The notes under the pieces were generated by a model that saw nothing but the letters and a program-made list of their open reading frames with translations, was not told the DNA's origin and made no database searches. A stretch of 64,000 bases of DNA from Phaeosaccion multiseriatum (Eukaryota > Protista > Ochrophyta, other classes): the NCBI GenBank assembly GCA_965112735.1, contig OZ218964.1, forward strand, positions 2,170,001 through 2,234,000, in the 5' to 3' direction. Within the stretch, counting starts at the first letter, position 1; every line of letters starts with the position of its first letter. Of the stretch, positions 1-31,989 are shown piece by piece. Made by a program: the position numbers and the translations under genes.

Positions 1-298
1 GGGAGGGAGGGAGGGAGGGAGGGAGTGTGTGTGAGTGAGTGAGTGAGGGAGGGAGGGAGGGAGTGAGTGTGTGTGAGTGAGTGAGGGATGGGGGTGTTAG
101 AGGCACACGGGGAGAGGGGGTGGGAGGGCAGCAAGGCGAAGGAGGGAGGGAGGGAGGGAGAGAGAGAGAGAGGGAGGGAGGGAGGGGGAAACAGGCAGAA
201 GAAGCGACCACCACACGGCCCCACATGCACGTACCCACACACGCACTCACGCACGCACTCACGCACTCACGCACGCACTCACACACTTACTCACGCAC

Positions 299-19516
<19,218 letters not shown>

Positions 19517-19838
19517 GGCTGGTTGATCTGGTGTGCTCCGCCTCCTCCTCCCCCTCCTCCTCCTCCTCCTCCTCCCTCCTCCTCCTCCCCCTCCTCCTCC
19601 CCTTCTCCCTCAACCAGCACAAGCTCTCTCTCCTCCAATCCGCGGCCCGGCTCTACCTCTCAGCCTGCCACCCCTCACGAGTAGGCGGCACCACAGAGTT
19701 TGCAACACCTGGTCATGATCTATTTTTTTTCCTCCCTCGCCTGCTCCCCGATACCGTTTCAGAAATTTCAGCTTGCGCCCCCCTGCTCAACTGAACTGTT
19801 GTTCTTTTGCCCACTCGTTAGACACAGATAGGAGAAGG
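19517..19838. promoter_or_regulatory. Probable bidirectional promoter between the ARM gene and the RCC1/IPT gene
   Basis: Only ~320 bp separate divergent ATGs at 19516 (-) and 19839 (+); CCAAT near 19635. Confidence 0.55.
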
Positions 19839-20604
19839 ATGGGGGAGGTGTACGCATGGGGGGAGCTGGGAAGGCGACTACCAGGAGGGAAGAAGCCACC
19901 GAAAGGCGAAGAAGGCGACGATGACTGCTGTCTGAGGCCGCTGTACGCCTCGAGGGGAGCCCAGGTGCGCAGCGTGTTCGCGGGCTTTGGCAGCGCACTG
20001 ACGGCCTCGGAGGAGCACATGTACTGGGCCAGCACTCCTCTGGATAGTGGTGAGGGAGAAGACGCCAAAGAGGTGGAAAGTGGCCAGTTTCCCGACTTTT
20101 CGGGCGTGCTCCAGGCGGCCTTTGGGGAGGGCTTCGCGCTGGTACTGCGCAGGAGCGACGAAGCCGCACAGCCTGGCCCCACAGAGGACGAGGACGAAGA
20201 CTCACTGGACGCGCAGGTCGGTTGGTTCACAGAGGAGGAGGAGGAGGAGGAGAAGGGAAGTGCACCACCTCTTGTCCACGTATTTGCCGACGTCGAAGGC
20301 CGTCACTTGCTCTCAATCTTGGCTCGTGACCCCCCCCCCCGCACACACACTCACATGGTTATCTATGGGCTGCAGGAGGGGAGGCAGGGAACGGCACGTG
20401 AAGCAGGGGAGGAGGGCGAAAATGCGACCTCGCCCCCTGCCGTCGAGACGGAGGTGTTCGCTTGTGGCAGCGGGCGTCAGGGACAGCTCGGGCTGGGGGC
20501 CTCGACACAGGTGTCGTCGCTGCCCAGAGCCGTCACCGCTCTCGACGGGATGAAGATCACTCAGGTGCTCGCAGATGCTTGTGAGAAGTGTCCCTGTGTG
20601 TCTG

Positions 20605-20645
<41 letters not shown>

Positions 20646-23600
20646 CAGTGGGGCCGCGTCTACCTCCCTCCCTACCTGCACCGGTTTCCCTCTTTCCCTC
20701 TTCATGCGCTCCTCACCTTACGACCTTTCCTTGCGTCCTCTTCCCCTCTCTATCTCTCCACCCCTCTTGCACCCCCCTCTTTGCGTCCCTCCCTCCCTCC
20801 CTCCCTCCCTCCCTCCCTCCCTCTCCCTCCCTCCCTCCCTCCCTCCCTCTCTGTCCCTCTCCGTCTCCCTACCTCAGATTGCCTGCGGCAAAGCCCATGC
20901 GGTGGCTCTAAGTGCTAAAGGAGACGTGTTCACGTGGGGCAGAGGCATGGAGGGGCAGCTTGGACACGCATCCCGATTCGCTGAGGTGCATACGGTACAG
21001 CGCGTACTTCGCTCCTGACATGCGCCCTCGCCTCCAGTGAAGAGCCCGATTCGTTACTAGCGTGTCCAATGCCATCCATTGCCATCCATTGCCATCCATT
21101 GCCATCCCCCTTCCCCCACCCTCCGCTGACCCAGCCGCCTAGAAATCGCCCTGCACTTAGAGCCCCTTTTCGGTGTCCCGCCGCGCGCTCCCTCTCTCTG
21201 TCTCTCTCGCCCTCTTCCCCAACTGCTCACCCCCTAACCCCCTCTCTCTCTGCCCCGCTGTGCCCCTTTCGGTGCTCAGGCCTGGAAGAATGAGAACTGT
21301 GATGGAGTGCAGATGTTGCCAAAAGTGGTGTCTGCCTTCACGAGCACCAAGCTCAGAGAGCGCCCTGTCACCGCCATCGCCGCGGGTGAGGCACGTTGTA
21401 TCACCAACTGCTGCTGTAGTCACGAGCAATCTATCCGTCTGTCATGCTCCTCGCATAATCCTCCCCAGGCTCAGGCCCTCCCCTCCCTCCCTCCCTCCCT
21501 CCCTCCCTCCCTCCCTCCCTCCCTCCCTCCCTCCCTCCCTCCTCCCTCCCTCCCTCCCTCCCTCCCTCCCTCCCTCCCTCCCTCCCTCCCTCCCTCCCTC
21601 CCTCCCTCCCTCCCTCCCTCCCTCCCTCCGTACCTCCCCCCACCCCGCAGGTGACAGCTTCACACTCGCGGTCACCGCAGCAGGAGATGTGTGGGGTTGG
21701 GGAGAAGGGGCCTTGGGGCAGGTGAGTGTCAAGACAGAGTGGGTGGGTGTCGGGACAGTGGGCAGGTGTCAGGATAGAGTGGGTAGGTGTCGGGACAGTG
21801 GGCAGGTGTCAGGACAGTGGGTGGGTGTCAGGACAGTGGATGGGTGTCAGGACAGAGTGGATGGGTGTCGGGACAGTGGGCAGGTGTCAGGACAGTGGAT
21901 GGGTGTCAGGACAGTGGATGGGTGTCGGGACCGTGAGTGAGTCTCAGGACAGTGGGTAGCCTTGAGCCACTTCCGTGAGGTTTGAAGGGCAGCGCGAGCG
22001 TGATGATCACTTTCCGGTCTTCCCCATCCTTTCTTTGTCCCTCACCCCTCACATTCATGGTACCCTCTCTGCCCTCACCCCTCGCCTCCACTGCCATCCC
22101 CATCCTCCCTCCTGCCCCAGCTGGGGGTGGGCCGGCTGAGCAAGGCCACTTCCCCTGTGGTAGTGCTCAAGGCCAGCGCAGCAGGGGCGTCCCCCACCGA
22201 CAAGCTCCTCTCCGCCGCAAGCACGATTGATCCGGACGGGCAAGCCACAGGTAGGCACGAGGCAGTTTCAGTTCAGCGTGGGTAGACAGTAGGTAGCTTC
22301 AGTTTCACTTCTTTTAGACCCCAATGGTCCCCATACCAGCCAACTAGTGATTGTCGTTCATACCGTCCCTTCCCTTCCCTTCCCTTCCCTTCCCTTCCCT
22401 TCCCTTCCACCCCCCCCTCTCCCCTCTTCAATTCATCACCCTCCCCCCCTCCATCCACTGCCATCCCCCCGTTACCAGGTGACCCCTTCGTGTCCGTGGC
22501 AGCGGGGTGGGCGCACGGCATGGCTCTTACCTTGAGTGGACGCGTGTGGGTGTGGGGCTTTAACCTCCACGGTCAACTCGGATTGGGTGACACCAAGAGC
22601 CGTTACAAGCCCGAGCAACTCTCCATCCTCATCCCCATCCACCCCCCGTCCTCCTCCTCCCTCCGAGGGGGACCTTCTTTCACCTCCGTCGAGGGGAGTA
22701 GTGGTGGTGGTGGTGGTGCTGCCGCTTCTTACGGCAGTGGGAGCAGCTTCTCCGGCTCAGCAACGGCGACCATGGAGGGAGTGACCGAGGCGACTTACGA
22801 GGTTGCAGAAGCGGTCATAACCAAGATATCCGCAGCCGCCTCCTCGTCTGGAGCGCTGAGCAAGGAGGGCCTGGTGCTAACGTGGGGCTCGCGCAAGTGC
22901 GGCAGATTGGGTATCCCTCTCGGGACCCAAGCTGGTGCAGCCATGCCTCCCCTTGCCATCGCCCCCTCCTCCGCCTCCGCCTCTGCCCTCAGCAGCGCGA
23001 GAGAGGTCGAGGAGGGCGATGATGGCAGCTTGGGCAGGAAGCCTCGGACCGGCCCCGGCCTGAGCAGCGCTGGCACCATTACAAGCATCACATCCATCAC
23101 CACAGATGGCAGACATCACAACACCACCACCAACAGCAAGGGTCCTGACCCTGACCGGTCTGCCCTCCTAGGTCTACTGGTACCGACGGTGGTGCCCTCC
23201 CTAGGCGAGGTGGTGGTAAGCGACTTCCAAATGGCAGACGTGGGCTGCCTTGCTCTCGTGCCCACCCGCCTCACTGGCACATGGCCTACCATGGGCTCTG
23301 CCGGCGGTCCTGACACCTCGGAAGGGGATTCTGAAACGGCTGTAACGGCTGTTCGAGACAGCAGAGTGCTGGTGCTGAGGGGGTGGGGCTTTTGGGAGGC
23401 AGAGGACATCGTCGTGCACTTCAAATGCGTGGTACGTAGGGGAGTACGTAAAGGGGTATGTTGGGGGGGGGGGAGGGTGCAAAAGCAGGCAGGCGTATGG
23501 ACGGGCAGGCATACTCACTCACTCACTCACTCACTCACTCACTCACTCACTCACTCACTCACTCACTCACTCACTCACTCACTCACTCACTCACTCACTC

Positions 23601-24625
23601 ACTCACTCACTCACTCACTCACTCACTCACTCACTCACTCACTCACTCACTCACTCACTCACTCACTCACTCACTCACTCACTCACTCACTCACTCACTC
23701 ACTCACTCACTCACTCACTCACTCACTCACTCACTCACTCACTCATTCACTCATTCACTCACTCACCCACTCACGTACTCACTCACTCACTCACTCACTC
23801 ACTCACTCACTCACTCACTCACTCACTCACTCACTCACTCACTCACTCACTCGCTCACTCACTCTCTCACTCACTCACTCACTCACTCACTCACTCACTC
23901 ACTCACTCACTCACTCACTCACTCACTCACTCACTCACTCACTCACTCACTCACTCACTCACTCACGCACTCACGCGCTCACGCACTCACGCGCTCACGC
24001 ACTCACGCACTCACGCACTCACGCACTCACGCACTTACACACTCTCGCACTTACCCACTTACCCACTTACCCACTCACTCACCCACTCACGCCCGTGCTG
24101 ACGCTCTCACTCATTCGCTCACTCACTCGCTGCGTGCAGGACGACCCTTCTCTGGCGAGGTCGGCGATTGGATACTTCCGCCCCCCCCCCCCTCCCCCCT
24201 CCTCCTCCTCCTCCTCCTCCTCCTCCTCCTGCTCGAGGTCCGGCGGACAGGAGATAACGTGCCGCATCCCCAACTTCCCGGAGGTGAGTGAGGACGCGGG
24301 CTGTTGAGTGAGGATGGGGGCTGTTGAGTGAGGGTGCGGGCTGTTGAGTGAGGGTGCGGGCTGTTGAGTGAGGGTGCGGGCTGTTGAGTGAGGATGGGGG
24401 CTGTTGAGTGAGGGTGCGGGCTGTTGAGTGAGGATGGGGGCTGTTGAGTGAGGGTGCGGGCTGTTGAGTGAGGGTGCGGGCTGTTGAGTGAGGGTGCGGG
24501 CTGTTGAGTGAGGGTGCGGGCTGTTGAGTGAGGGTGCGGGCTGTTGAGTGAGGATGGGGGCTGTTGCTTGGCCTTTGCCTCTAGATGTCTGTCAATCCCG
24601 CCTCTCCCTTTCTCTCTCCCTCTTC

Positions 24626-24667
<42 letters not shown>

Positions 24668-25808
24668 TCCATTCTCTCACCCCCCTCCCTTTTCTCTCTG
24701 CATCTCTTTCTCTCGCTCTCTGCTCTCTCTCTCTCTCTCTCTCCCTCTCTCTCTGTCTCTCTCTCTCTCTCTCTCTCCCCTCCCTCTATCTCGCCCCCTC
24801 TCTCTCGCTCTCTGCTCTCTCTCTCTCTCTCCCTGCCCCCACCAATCCCCGCAATGAAAACCACACACATGCACCCACCCCCACCCACACACCCACACAC
24901 CCACACATCCACATACACCCACACACCCACACACCCACATACACCCACACACCCACATACACACATACACCCACACACCCACACACCCACATACACACAT
25001 ACACCCACACACCCACACACCCACATACACCCACACATCCACATACACCCACACACCCACACACCCACATACACCCACACACCCACATACACACATACAC
25101 CCACACACCCACACACCCACATACACACATACACCCACACACCCACACACCCACATACACCCACACACCCACACACCCACATACACCCACACACCCACAC
25201 ACCCACCCCCACCCACACACCCACACACCCACATACACCCACACATCCACATACACCCACACACCCACACACCCACATACACCCACACACCCACATACAC
25301 ACATACACCCACACACCCACACACCCACATACACACATACACCCACACACCCACACACCCACATACACCCACACACCCACACACCCACATACACCCACAC
25401 ACCCACACACCCACACACCCACACGCACCCACTAACCCATTGACTTACCATACCCACGTAGGCCTGTGACGTCACAGTGGACGTGGCCATGGACGGTCTG
25501 CACTTCACAGGACGACCCGTGCCGTTTCGCTTCTTCACAGAGCTCGTCCCGACCTCTGTAAGTCCCTCCATGTGTCGCAGAGTCAGCGCTCCGGAGGCGG
25601 CGGCGGTGGTGCGCATCGAGGGAGAGAACTTCTTCCACTCCGAGTATTTGAGTGTGCGCTTCACAGAGACCCTGCTCCCCCCCGGGACGGTCGGCAGAAA
25701 GGAGCCACAGGGGGGAGAGGGGCCCGAGCGAGTGCCGCAGGGAGAGAGAGAGCCGCGCGTGGTCACCATGCCTGCACGGCTTGTCATCAACGACGAAGGC
25801 CTAGAGGT

Positions 25809-25841
<33 letters not shown>

Positions 25842-28800
25842 AGTGAGAGAGCATACCCATGCCGAGAATGGCCCATGCCGAGATATCATACGCTCAAGCT
25901 TTCCTCCTCTTACTCCCCCCCTCCCCCCCTCCCTTCCTCCCTCTCTTCCCCACCGCCCCCCTCTCTCTCGTGTTGCCGATGCGCTCTGCCCTTTGCCCTT
26001 TGCTCTGTCTGCGATGCTGTGGTATATCCGCTTGTGCTGCGTGTGTGTACGTGTGTGTGTGCGTGTGTGCGTGCGTGCGTGCAGTGCATTGAGTGCGACG
26101 CTCCCACGGTGGAGGGCTCCCTGCCCTTCGTCGCGGACGTGAGCTTGTCCGCCGACGGAGCCACATACACGAGGTGGGTCACCGTGTTCGCCATCTGTAA
26201 CTCGCCATCTGTGATGATGCGTTTCTCCCCGCACTCACCTGCTTGCCTCGTCACTCATGCCCACTCATGCCCACTCATGCCCACTCATGCCCACTCGTGC
26301 TAGCTAGGCTGCTCACCTTGTTTCATTCGCTCAGCCAAGCTATTCCTCTCTTCGAAACTGACTCCCTCTGCGCCTCTGCCCGCCCATACGCCTGCCTGCC
26401 CATATGCCTGCCCACATACCTAACTACCCATGTGCTCCCTCCGCAGGTCTCACGGCATGAGCTTCTTGCTGCAAGACGCTCGAGCGGAGAGCGTGTCCCC
26501 TCCTTCCTTCTCCTGCACGGGGCAGCGGGAACTGCGCATCATTGGTCCGAGCATGTTCGCTTCACCCGACCTCGCCGCTCAAATTCGAGTCAAGGGGACT
26601 TACGTCAGCCTCAAGAAGGTGAGACAGTGAGCAGTGGGGGAGTTGGTGGTACGGAATGATGTATAGTGTGGGGTACTCTGTGAGTGAGGGAAGTTGGGGA
26701 GCAAAGCAAGAAGACGCAAACACGCCAAACAAACACAAGCAAAGCAACAAAGCAAGCAAAACTTTCTCTGACCCAGCCCCCCTGGTGTCACTTACGAAAG
26801 GTTACGTACGAGGCGTGTAGCGGCGACGTGACTTGCACGGTACCTGACCTCAGCGCCTTTATGGATGAGGCGGGGCCTGCCGCCGTGGAGGTGAGTGGCT
26901 GCGAGCGAGGGGGGAGGGGGGATGGCAGTGAATGGGGATGGCAAGGGGGGGTAATCCTTTGGCTGTGGCTGGTCGGGACAGGGTTCAGTGGACTGAGACT
27001 AAAACTGAAACTGAGACTAAAACTGAAACTGAGAGGGAGGGATGGAGGGAGGGACAGGGGAGAGCTGCATGTGGTGGACTAACTCTAACGTGGACATTTG
27101 AGTGCAACCACCCTTCGATTGGTTTGCACTCACCACTTCCCTCCCCCCCAAAGGTGGACATCGAATTGACAGTAGATGGAGCCTTCTTCTCTCGGGTGCC
27201 CCACCCTGTCATGCTGTACCGAGAGCTCGACTGGCACGCGGAGGAAGACCTCTTCCTCAAACGGGACCGTGTCACGCTCACCCTCACTGCCACCGTGGCG
27301 GACGCCGGCTGCCTGCGAGCATGGTGCGTGCGTGCGTGGATGGATGGATGGGTGGGTGGGTGGATGCGTGGGTGGGTGGGTGCGTGCGTGCGTGGATGGG
27401 TGTGTGGGTGCGTAGGTTCCTACTGCGATCTCAAGACAGTAGTGAAGACTCGCTTTCGCATAGCCTGACACCTTTCTGATATAACATATCACGTGGGGAG
27501 GTGTGAGGTGTCTGAGAGACCCCATCTACGTACTTATCTACGTACTTATGTACGTACTTTATCTACGTATTTATCTACGAACTGCTCTTCGTATTGCGAT
27601 TGATCTCAACACGGGAGGTGTGTGAGTCTAACCCAAAGCGCGTCTCTTTGCGGGAGAGCGTTGAACGATGTGCCCTCATCCTTTTTACGTCCCCATCCAC
27701 GGCCACCCCTCCCTCGTGCTCATCATCCACTACCATCCACTACCATCCACTACCATCCACTGCCACCACGGCCATCCACTGCCATCCACTGTCATCCACT
27801 GCCATCTCTCCTCCCCTCCCATAGCACCGAAGCGGCGGCCGTTTACTTGTCCAACGCCGACCTGGGCATCGAGGAGCGCCTTCCTGCCGACCTCACCATC
27901 ACTGCAGAGGAGGGAGAGAGGGGCACGGTGGCGAGGGAGGGGAGCAAGGCGGAGGGGCAAGGACAGGACAAGGGGCCGGGGCCGGGCGAGACGGGAGAGG
28001 GAGGCGTGGAGACGGTCGGCAGAGGCAGGGGGGAGGGGGAGGGGGACGGAGAGGGTAACCTCCTCGCGGAGTCGATGCAGCACAAGGTCACTATTCAGTG
28101 CTCGTTCCACCCTGAGGAGCTGCGTAGGAGGGCAAAGCATTTGCCGGATGTGGAGAGGGAGGGGGCCCAGGCGGAACAGGAGGGAGGAGAGGGGGGAGGC
28201 GAGGAGCAGGCTAGCGAAGAGCCTCGCCAAGAGGGCGAGGAGGGGGAGGAGGAGGGCGGAACAGGCGACGCAACAACAGCAGTTGGTGATACAAAGGCCC
28301 CCTCAATGGGCATGCTGCTTCGGTGTGAGGTGTCGCTGAACGGGGAGGACTGCGCAGGTTCGGCCCGTCCTTCGGCAGCAGTGGCCTCTCTCCTCGCATC
28401 AGGAGCAGCAGTTGGTGATACAGCAGCAGAAGCAGTTGGTGATATAGCGGCAGCGGGAGGAGGGACAGAGGGCGACCCAACACTAGGAGAGGGGGTAGGG
28501 CCTGCAACCGAGGGGCAAGGCGCGGGCACCGAGTCATCCACTGCCATCCCCGCCTCCTCCTCGACTGCTGCCCACAGAGCGCTGATGGTGCGTCTTTACG
28601 ACCTTCCGCAGCTCTCGGGATTGAACGGAAGCCCTGCCAGCGGCAGCAACACGAGCAGCCCCGACGACCCGGCTGTGTCTGTGCCTGTGCCTGTCTCGAT
28701 GGGCAGCAAGGCCTCCGTATCGGGCGTAGGCCTCTTGGAGACGGAGCGGGTGGTTGTGCGACTCACAGGTTCGCTTGCGAAGGTCAAGGGTGGCGGCGGA

Positions 28801-29085
28801 GGGGGGGGAGGAGGAGACGAAGACAGGGAAGATGTTCAGGAGCCGGTGGTGTTGGTGGACATTCCCGCTCGGGTGCTTAGTGCCGACGGAGAGACGCCTG
28901 CTGCTGTTCAGGGAGGAGAGGGAGAGGAAGAGGAGGCCGCGAGCAAGGTGGTGGAGTTTACGGTGCCGCTGTCGTACCCGGACACCTTCAACATGAAGGC
29001 CCCGGCGGAGGTGTCTGTGTCTCTGGACGGGGGCGTCAACTTCACTCAGACGGTGCCGGCTCTTCAAGTCACCCTCAAGAAGTAG
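19839..29085 (+). CDS. RCC1-repeat (beta-propeller) protein with multiple C-terminal IPT/TIG-like Ig domains
   Basis: Exons ~19839-20564, 20879-20986, 21280-21385, 21651-21721, 22121-22250, 22479-23431, 24140-24283, 25463-25806, 26085-26173, 26447-26618, 26801-26890, 27153-27322, 27824-29085 (TAG). RCC1 motifs: IACGKAHAVALSAKGDVFTWGRGMEGQLG, IAAGDSFTLAVTAAGDVWGWGEGALGQLG, VAAGWAHGMALTLSGRVWVWGFNLHGQLGLGD. IPT-like motifs: ITCRIP...VDVAMDGLHFT, SVSPS...VRIEGENF, CDAP...VSLSADGATYT, VTCTVP...IELTVDG, VSVSLDGGVNFT. Confidence 0.85.
21725..21955. repeat. ~19-21-bp tandem repeat with GGTGTCAGGACAG core
   Basis: Array begins at the donor at 21722. Confidence 0.85.
23513..24030. repeat. (CACT)n microsatellite degenerating to CACTCACG
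   Basis: Intronic tract. Confidence 0.95.
24284..24565. repeat. 20-bp minisatellite (GTTGAGTGAGGGTGCGGGCT)n
   Basis: ~13-14 copies; the first copy is the GTGAGTGAGGACGCGGGCT splice donor. Confidence 0.9.
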
Positions 29086-29700
29086 AGCCAGAAGCGGGTC
29101 TACACCCCCTACCCTACCCTACCCTGTAGCCACGTACTCGCGCATTTGGTTCGAAAACAGTTCTAAAAGAAGCAAAGGCTTTGCTACTATTCGCCCTATT
29201 GTGCCATCGTCAGTTACGAGAGAACACATACGTAATTGAACGCCTGACGTGCTACCTGCCACCGGCCGGCCGGCCGCACCTGTGTGGCATCAGCCGCTTT
29301 GCTCGGCCCACCCATCACACGTTATTGCTTGAGCAAACGCGGGCCGGGCACAATGGGCAGTACCAACCAGTCTCCGTCAGGGACCTCAGAGAGCGAGAGT
29401 GGGATCAAGGCAGCACGTGCGTGTATGTCCACCCACTAGCTACCTATCATACAGCAGCTCTGTGTGTTCGCCGAGGGGTGGTTCGCACCTTCGCACCCCC
29501 CCCCTGTTGTTGTTTCTGCTGTACCACAAAGTGCTGTACCTCCAATGTTTGTCCGCCTCAGCTGAACCTCACGCCTTGGGAACCTCCTCCTCCTCGGCTG
29601 CCCCCTTCTTGCCGGCGGCGGTCCTCTTGTTCTTGTTCTTGCTGCCCCCCGGGGTGGGGCTGGTGGCAGCTGCGGCGTGCTCCTCGGCCTTGGGGGCGCT

Positions 29701-31989
29701 CTACCTCTTCCTCTTCCTCTTGCCCTGCTGAGCAGTGCCCTTGACTCCCTTGGCCCAGTCCTTAGCAATGCTCTTAAGGTCTCCCCGCCTCCGTCGTACC
29801 GCCGCCGCCTTTATTTCTCTCCGCTTCTTAATGACTTGCTCATACACCCTGTGCATTGGACCAATGGTCCGGCTCTTCTCATCCCACCACAGCACATAGC
29901 TGCGGAGCAGGTAATCAAGGCTGAGGATTTCCTTCTGCTTCGTCACATCACTGCGCAAAAGTTGCAGAGGAGACCCACGCAGCTTATCCAGTACGCGCTG
30001 GCGGCAATCTCTCGTAGCAAAGCATGCCTCCCACCTATCTGCACCCGGCTCACTGACGAAAGCTGCATAATCGTCTCCTTCCCGAGCTTCCAAGATAGAG
30101 GATAGCATCCCCCCCCATCCTCCTTGATTGGCATCCAGGGCCTCCTTAAGAGACTCTCCCAAGCGGAGCCTGGAGTGCACGCTAAAGACCTGCCCCGCAT
30201 GCCCCCCCACCGCATCCCACAGCATCTCAAACTCATCTTCCGTGAAGAACTCGATGCGCTTGCCGTCATCGAAACGCTCTGCATCTCGCACCAGCTCCCT
30301 GCGCGCCTCCTCTTTTCGCCACAGGGTCACCTCTTCGCGACTAAACCCGTTCGGGGAGGAGTGTCTGTGCTTTCTGAGGTCGTCCCAGAGGTACTCGGTG
30401 CTCTCCACAATCACGGGAACTCTGGAGGTGCCGTCCTGCCACTTTTCAAGAATGCTGAAGAGCGTCTCAAAAACAGCCTTCCCTGCGGCTGTATCCTGGC
30501 CATCCTCCGGTCTAACGAGCTTCTCCACCTCCCTGATGACGAGCGCAGGTGGCGTCTGGCCCTCCTCGCAGGCAACACTCTCAAGATGATCAAGAAATAC
30601 TCTGCACGTTGTTTCCCCCTTGGAGCCCCCGATGATGTCATCGACGGCTCTGGCCATGGCTGCCAGCTCCGCAGCAATTACTGCAGGGGCTCCTTGGTTA
30701 ATCGCCCTCTTCACTTTGGTCTTCAAGCCGAAAGTCGATTTGCCCCTCCACCTCCACCCATAGGAGGCAAGCCCAACTCTGTTATACATGGTGACTTTGT
30801 CATACATCTCATCTACAATGCGCAAAGCAGCCCCCTTAATTGAGCCTTACCCCCCCAGCCAGTCCAGCTTCTTAACACCGTCCTGGCGCTGGCGCTCCTG
30901 CAAGTATTCGCTCCACAAGAGCTCAGGGAAGTCGTCCGCGTTGATCCTGACCCCCTTCTTGAGGTTTACCTCCACCACCAGCCTCCCCTCTGCTCTCCAC
31001 TCCTTGATGGCCTCCTGCATGGTGCGGGTCTTGCCCACCGACCTGCGGCCCCACACCATCAGGACTGAATCAGCAGGGTCCTGGGACACGCACGTCTTCA
31101 AAGTCTTCAGGTAGGCGCCGTGGTTGAGACGAGGGAGCTTCTGCGTGCCTGATATAGAAGCGGAACGAAGTGAGTGAACAGCCAACAAGAGAGCGCGCCG
31201 TCCATACCAGCCCGCGCCATCGCTCTTACCTGTCCACCGCCTTGAGGGAGGCTCTCCAGTATCTTGCTTCATGTAAAGCACAGAAGACGCGCGACGATTT
31301 GGACTTGGAGAGGGGGGGATGCTCGTCACGGCCCTCAGTGAGGCTGTTTCAGCTCCCGGGTGCTGCGACAGAGAACAAAGTTCCGGAGCACGGTCTTGTT
31401 GGTGGGAGAAGCAAGGCATATAACACCGGGGTATGTGTCACAGGGTGCGCGGGTAGGTAGGGCACAACACAGTAATCCAAGGCAGGCAGGAAGAGAGCGC
31501 GACAGAGACTGTTAGCTAAACACAGCCAGCCAGCCAGCCAGAGAAAGTGATAGAGAGACTGGGAGCCCAAGAGGGAGACAGCCAGAGATGAACACAGACA
31601 GAAGGACAGAGAGACAGAGACCGAGAGACAAGAGCAGGAAGGTGGAGAAGAGCAACATCACGCCCCCATCACCGAGACACCACCTACCCAACAAGACCAC
31701 AAAACAACAAGCAGAAGACGGCGTGGGGCGTGTCCAAAGTGGGAATTCAGGACAGACAGGAACATAATAGGCCAGATACCCTACCAGCATATAGCATCAC
31801 ACTACAACAGTCTGCCCTTACCATGTCCTTCACCAGCATCACACTACAACACAGTCTGCTCTTACCATGCCCCTTCTTCTGGGTGGAGTGTGGCCCGCTG
31901 TACCTCACCACCGGTCCGCCGGAAAGGAAGGCCAGCCCCTGATAGGCGTTGGTAAATACCGTCAGCAGCCAAAGCACGAGCACCCACAT
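29701..31989 (-). CDS. P-loop NTPase resembling archaeal/prokaryotic-type AAA ATPases (ATPase_2/AAA_16-like), with probable N-terminal signal peptide
   Basis: Walker A VLMVWGRRSVGKT followed by LVVEVNL; degenerate Walker B LVIREV; post-NTPase motif LWDAVGGHAG. Proposed exons 31989-31866 (MWVLVLWLLTVFTNAYQGLAF...), ~31393-31230, 31148-30851, 30778-29701. The two long ORFs are in the same frame, separated by TAA 30847-30849 inside a 72-nt GTAAGG...AACAG segment. Linkage of the 5' exon is less certain. Confidence 0.65.

Noticed and set aside
20220-20374. Possible extra intron within the first RCC1 exon
   Set aside because: The frame is open across it and a phase-compatible GT-AG pair was not established; it needs transcript data
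29181-31114. Plus-strand ORFs antisense to the ATPase
   Set aside because: Shadow frames of GC3-biased coding sequence with no recognisable motifs
29701-31419. Transposon or viral gene interpretation of the intron-poor island
   Set aside because: No transposase, RT or integrase motifs, terminal repeats or target-site duplications were seen
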